Positions 27,432-32,000 of a stretch of DNA of 32,000 nucleotides are shown in pieces. The position numbers and the translations under genes were made by a program. How positions within the stretch are numbered: the first letter of the stretch is position 1; each line of letters opens with the position of its first letter. The notes beneath the pieces were generated by a model. It saw nothing but the letters and a program-made list of their open reading frames with translations. It was not told the DNA's origin and did not search any database. Where the stretch lies: the sequence record BTPI01000018.1, one strand, 5' to 3'.

Positions 27432-27992
27432 ATGAAACAATTAAAAATTTACGAAACAAAAATTTGTATACCTGACAATGTAGAAATAAAAAAGAAAAAA
27501 AATAATCTGTTTTTTTATGGTGCACTAGGGTTTAACGAATTAAATTTAACAAAATTAGACAAATTGGGTATAGCAGCTTTGCATTTTCATAAAAACAATA
27601 CAAAAAATTTTTTACTTTCCAGTTATTCAAAACGTTTTTTTGCGTGCATTTCTAATATTATTGAAAATAAAATTATTGGAGTATCTAGTGGATTTTTGAT
27701 ATCAATGCGCATTGTTGGAGTTGGATATCGTGCAGAAATTATAAAAAACAAAATAAATCAAATTTTATGTTTTAAAATTGGATTAAGTCATGATTTTCAA
27801 TACATAATACCTAAATCAGTACGTATTTTTTTGATAGAACCTACTTTAATTTGTTTGTATGGAATAGATAAAAATCAGCTTACTCAAATTGCTGCGAAAA
27901 TAAGACAGATTAAACCTCCTTCAGTATATAAAGGAAAAGGTATTCGCTTAATAAATGAAATGGTTTTTATTAAGGCGGGAAAAAGAAAATAA
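27432..27992 (+). CDS. rpl6: Ribosomal protein L6 (186 aa from ATG 27432)
   Basis: MKQLKIYETKI.IPDNVEI......LFFYGALG (L6 N-terminal pattern: pi.iP.gV.v......v.v.G..G), then VGVGYRAE and the C-terminal PPSVYKGKGIR. The ORF-track start at 27297 is a TTG and adds 45 non-conserved residues, so I prefer the ATG at 27432. Confidence 0.85.
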   Translation: MKQLKIYETKICIPDNVEIKKKKNNLFFYGALGFNELNLTKLDKLGIAALHFHKNNTKNFLLSSYSKRFFACISNIIENKIIGVSSGFLISMRIVGVGYRAEIIKNKINQILCFKIGLSHDFQYIIPKSVRIFLIEPTLICLYGIDKNQLTQIAAKIRQIKPPSVYKGKGIRLINEMVFIKAGKRK

Positions 27993-28032
27993 AAAACATT
28001 ATTTGACTTTTTACTGGAAACCATATTTATTA

Positions 28033-28094
28033 GCCGTTTGGTATTTAAATACAAAAATACTATGTATTTTTTATTAAAATGTTTCCTGCTAAAA
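28033..28094 (+). repeat. Repeat family A, copy A5 (5' block type II, 3' block type b)
   Basis: gccgtttggtatttaaatacaaaaatactatgtattttttattaaaatgtttcctgctaaaat. It fills most of the rpl6-rps13 spacer. Confidence 0.9.
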
Positions 28095-28131
28095 TACCAT
28101 TTAAATTACATTAAAAAAAATATAAGAAATT

Positions 28132-28503
28132 ATGGTTTATTTATTAAACACAAATATAAATCAAAATAAAAAAGCAGCTTTAGCTTTGTGTAAAATATAT
28201 GGGATTGGTAAAACTTTATCGAAAAAAATTTGTAATCAACTTGGCTTAAATGAAAACGTTAAATTTAATCAACTAAATGAAGCACAAATGGAAAAAATTT
28301 CTCAATTAATTAATGAAAATTTTTATTTTGGAACCGAATTAAAACAAATTTTATATAAACAGAAAATAAGACTTGTTAGAATATCAAGTTATAGAGGTTT
28401 TCGTTTTAAACAAGGATTGCCTTCTAGAGGACAACGAACCCACACCAATGCCAACACCGCTCGCACATTAGCATTAAAAAAAGCGGGCAATTTACTTATT
28501 TAA
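28132..28503 (+). CDS. rps13: Ribosomal protein S13 (123 aa)
   Basis: AL..IYGIG...S..IC..LG........L.E.Q...I........ , then I..L..I.SYRG.R...GLP.RGQRT.TNA.TAR. S13 signature. Confidence 0.9.
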   Translation: MVYLLNTNINQNKKAALALCKIYGIGKTLSKKICNQLGLNENVKFNQLNEAQMEKISQLINENFYFGTELKQILYKQKIRLVRISSYRGFRFKQGLPSRGQRTHTNANTARTLALKKAGNLLI

Positions 28504-28560
28504 AACTAGCTTAAAGCTAATTTAAATTATAAAAAAACTTATTAAAAAATTAAAAATATT

Positions 28561-28941
28561 ATGCCGACTAAAAATCAACTTTTAAAGACAGAAACTTCTC
28601 GGATTAAAAAAATAAAAAATATTAAAAAACCCGCATTGATGCAAAATCCACAACAAAAAGGTGTGTGTCTTAAGGTATACACTCGTGCTCCAAAAAAGCC
28701 TAATTCAGCTTTACGCAAGCTAACTAAGGTTAGGTTAACTAATTCGTTGGATATAATCGCTTATATACCCGGGGAAGGTCATAATTTACAAGAGCATTCT
28801 ATGGTTTTAATAAAGGGAGGACGAGTAAAAGATTTACCAGGAGTAAAGTATCGTATAATTAGAGGCAAATTAGATGTTCAAGGTGTATTAAGTAGGAAAA
28901 CATCACGATCTAAATATGGAACAAAAAAAAACAAAATTTAA
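28561..28941 (+). CDS. rps12: Ribosomal protein S12 (126 aa)
   Basis: MPT.NQL........K......AL...[26 protein letters not shown]......[36 protein letters not shown]. Canonical S12. Confidence 0.96.
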   Translation: MPTKNQLLKTETSRIKKIKNIKKPALMQNPQQKGVCLKVYTRAPKKPNSALRKLTKVRLTNSLDIIAYIPGEGHNLQEHSMVLIKGGRVKDLPGVKYRIIRGKLDVQGVLSRKTSRSKYGTKKNKI

Positions 28942-29083
28942 CTTTTTTTGGTAAATTTTCTGATAGTTAAATAAAAAAAAGTTATTTGTTTTTGTAAATA
29001 ATTATTTAAGGCTTTTTTCACTTACATAAAACAAATTTTATAAATTAAGTTTTATAAAAAACAAAGTTTTTTTGTTTAAATAC

Positions 29084-29122
29084 TTTTTTGTTTATAAAAA
29101 CATTGTTTTTATAAACAAAAAA
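29084..29122. repeat. Hairpin, 18-bp perfect stem with a 3-nt loop, in the rps12-trnH spacer
   Basis: ttttttgtttataaaaac (29084-29101), att, gtttttataaacaaaaaa (29105-29122). Confidence 0.9.
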
Positions 29123-29347
29123 ACCTATAATTTGATTACTGCTTGCTAGTTAAAACTTTGGTTTCATAAATAAAATGAAATAAAAATAAAGTTTTTTCTC
29201 ATGATAAAAACGATAAAAAAATACTATTTTTCATAATATAAACAATGCAAAAAGTAGTATATATATTATCAACTATGTTAATTAACATCTAAGTTTTTTA
29301 GATGGCATGAAACTATTTTTATAAAAGTTTTACTTTAACAAAGTAGT

Positions 29348-29421
29348 GGCGGATATAACTTAGTGGGTAAAAGTGTTAGACTGTGAATCTGAAAACACGG
29401 GTTCAATTCCCGTTGTTCGCC
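29348..29421 (+). tRNA. trnH: tRNA-His (GUG) with genomically encoded G-1
   Basis: Acceptor GCGGATA/TGTTCGC, preceded by an extra G (29348) opposite discriminator C (29421). D arm ACTT-AGTGGGTAA-AAGT, anticodon stem TTAGA/TCTGA, loop CTGTGAA, T arm ACGGG-TTCAATT-CCCGT. Confidence 0.9.
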
Positions 29422-30299
29422 TTTTGTTTATGCCTTTGAGATATAGTGGATAAATATAATATTAAATAACACAGAAAAGCATTATAAAAACTTTTCATAA
29501 ATAAAATTATAAATAAATTATTTGCATTAAAAGCATTGAAATTTTAGTATATAAGATATTTTATTGTAACATATAAATTAAATAAATTTTGTTTTAAATT
29601 ACAACATTTTTTTAACTACTAGTATTTTAAAAAGCTTGCAGTTAAATAAATGTTAAGAAGCTGCTTACTTAGTTGAATACAAACTGATGTAAAAATGAAA
29701 AATTTTATCTAGTTGAAACACTTTATTATTTAAAATTTTTGGTTATAAAAAGAATTTCTGTAGTGCAATAAACTTTTGGTTACTGGATTGGAAAAAACTT
29801 TGTTTGTTTCTACAGAACAACTTGCTTTGTTTAGAAAAACTTTGTTTTAAATGCTTTTAAAAAACATAAAAATCTTTAATTTTTGTTATTTAAAAATAAA
29901 AGTACAAAAGTTGTGATTTTTTAAAGCAAATTTTATCTTAGCAAACGGGTATAAACACGATATAATTTATTCAGTGAATCTGCAGTAAAAAATACATATG
30001 TTATATGTTATTTGAAAATTAAATTTATATTTTTTTCTGTACTATGCTTACTCGTTTAAATGTAGGTTTTGTAATAAATGAATTGCAATAGTATTATATT
30101 TAAATTTATTTATATGCATTTTGTTGTTTATTCTGACTATTCTACATTGTATGATAAAAATTTTTTTTTAAAATAAAAATCACTAAAATACCAAATATTT
30201 AGTATTAAGAAAAGTAAAAATTCCATTTAAATAAGACAAAGTATAAATATGTGTTTTCATAAATACAAATTTAATGATATCATTTAAACAAGAAAAACA

Positions 30300-30881
30300 A
30301 TGACATTTAATTCCAAGCAATTGCTAAAAATAAAATCATTATCAAATATCAATCCATTATTAAACACAGAAGAAAATTTTTCTCATGTAGGATTTGTGGA
30401 AAAATTTGCAAATTTATTAATGAAACATGGGAAAAAATGTCAAGCATATACTATTGTATATCAAGCTTTGCATTTACTTTATATTAAAAACTCATCTTTG
30501 AATTTTTCAACTAAAAAGCGCAAGTATTTGTTTTCATTTCCTGAAAAAAATACATGTGAATTTTTATTTATAAAACTTCTTTTTTCACAAGCTATAGAAA
30601 ATATACAACCAACTGTAGAAGTTCGTAATGTAAAAATTTCTGGAAGAAGTTACCAAGTGCCTTGCATTATTCATCGTAAAAGACAGCAAACATTAGCTAT
30701 GCGTTGGATAATAGATTTTGCAAAAAAAAGAAAAAAAACATCAAATATCTTATTTTCGGAATGTTTAGCCTTAGAATTATTTGAAGCATTAAAAAAATCA
30801 GGCAAAGTCAAACAAAAAAGAGATATTTTACATCAACAAGCAGAGTGTAACCGAGCTTATATACGATTTAAATGGTGGTAA
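30300..30881 (+). CDS. rps7: Ribosomal protein S7 (193 aa)
   Basis: FVEKFANLLMKHGKK..AYTIVYQAL (S7: lv.kfin.lm..GKK..A..i.y.A), IQP.VEVR.V.I.G..YQVP, A.RWII..A.KR, and the C-terminal AE.NRAY..F.W. Confidence 0.85.
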   Translation: MTFNSKQLLKIKSLSNINPLLNTEENFSHVGFVEKFANLLMKHGKKCQAYTIVYQALHLLYIKNSSLNFSTKKRKYLFSFPEKNTCEFLFIKLLFSQAIENIQPTVEVRNVKISGRSYQVPCIIHRKRQQTLAMRWIIDFAKKRKKTSNILFSECLALELFEALKKSGKVKQKRDILHQQAECNRAYIRFKWW

Positions 30882-30965
30882 TACATTTCAATTTTATAAG
30901 TATTTATTATTATTATTGAATTTAAAACTTAAATACGAAAATTCAAATTAAAAAACTATTATTAT

Positions 30966-31265
30966 ATGAGTAATTTTATACAAAGAGATTACAATAAAAG
31001 ACGATTAGTGTCTAAATATGAGTTAAAACGATTGCAGTATAAATCAATTATAAAAAACCAAAACTTAGCTAAAGAAATTAGATACAATTATATAAAAAAA
31101 TTAAATGAACTAAACAGAAATAGCTGTAAAACTAGGGTAAAAAATAGATGTATTTACACAGGCCGTGCTAAAGCTGTATACAAAATGTTTAGACTTTCTA
31201 GAATTAAATTTCGTGAATTAGCTAGTCAAGGATTATTGCCGGGAGTAGAAAAAGCTAGTTGGTAA
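30966..31265 (+). CDS. rps14: Ribosomal protein S14 (99 aa)
   Basis: RDYNKRRLV.KYE.KR, then the C-terminal R.KNRC..TGR.K.VY..F.LSRI.FRELA..G.LPGV.KASW. Canonical S14. Confidence 0.92.
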   Translation: MSNFIQRDYNKRRLVSKYELKRLQYKSIIKNQNLAKEIRYNYIKKLNELNRNSCKTRVKNRCIYTGRAKAVYKMFRLSRIKFRELASQGLLPGVEKASW

Positions 31266-31395
31266 TTTACATTATTTTTTACTATATTAAAATTTTAGGC
31301 TTTTCAAGTTTAAATTAAATTTTCTTAGCTTAAGCATTTAAGTAATTCACTTAAACAACAAAAATTAAAAGTTTTTGTGATTAAAGCAATTATGG

Positions 31396-31428
31396 TTTAC
31401 TAATAAAAATTTTGTTATTATTAGTAAA
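31396..31428. repeat. Hairpin family H copy
   Basis: 11-bp stem tttactaataa (31396-31406) and ttattagtaaa (31418-31428) with an 11-nt loop. Confidence 0.75.
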
Positions 31429-31552
31429 TTTAAAAATAGAATAAATTCATATTATATAAAATAAAAATTTTTAATTTTTATTTTGTGTAAATAATAAAAA
31501 TTAAAAATCGAAAATTTTCATGATAGTATTAAAATTTTGTTTTATTAGTAAT

Positions 31553-31579
31553 AAAAAAAAACCTGCAAGGTTTTTTTTT
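31553..31579. repeat. Hairpin, 12-bp stem (A9CCT / AGGT9) with a 3-nt loop, between rps14 and cox1
   Basis: aaaaaaaaacct (31553-31564), gca, aggttttttttt (31568-31579). It lies 65 nt upstream of the cox1 ATG. Confidence 0.85.
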
Positions 31580-31627
31580 CACGAGGAAACAGATTAAACT
31601 ATATAGACATATATATTTATTTTTTAA

Positions 31628-32000
<373 letters not shown>

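Overview
This window looks like a segment of a very AT-rich mitochondrial genome of the green-lineage (green-algal or plant-like) type. The taxon call rests on protein similarity judged by eye, for example a cox2 N-terminus [27 protein letters not shown] that is very plant-like. No database search was possible.

I can support 21 protein genes:
- Respiratory and membrane genes: nad9, nad1, nad2, nad5, cox2, cox3, the cox1 5' part, atp6 and tatC.
- Ribosomal protein genes: rps2, rps3, rps7, rps10, rps12, rps13, rps14, rps19, rpl5, rpl6, rpl16, and an expanded rpl10-like ORF.

I folded 15 tRNA genes by hand: C, W, M/I(CAU), E, G(GCC), R(ACG), K, Q, T, D, G(UCC), F, S(GCU), A and H.

All protein genes are continuous ORFs under the standard code. 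trnW has anticodon CCA, no in-frame TGA is needed, and no introns or rRNA genes are visible.

From my coordinates, CDS (about 16.4 kb) plus tRNAs (about 1.1 kb) leave roughly 45 percent of the window as spacer. The spacers are not random AT-rich filler. They are a mosaic of dispersed repeat families and long, often perfect, hairpins and palindromes.

The most interesting signals are:
- a roughly 60-nt repeat family whose copies show all four combinations of two variant blocks, which is a recombination or gene-conversion signature;
- a double-hairpin element whose 3-nt loop appears flipped (ttc versus gaa) between copies;
- perfect 20-28 bp stems sitting at gene ends;
- lineage-specific expansions of rpl10, rps3 and nad9;
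- a trnD that folds with an 8-nt anticodon loop.

I see no evidence of a prokaryotic-style defence or mobile gene system, CRISPR array, or novel large ORF. The novelty, if any, lies in the hairpin-repeat population.
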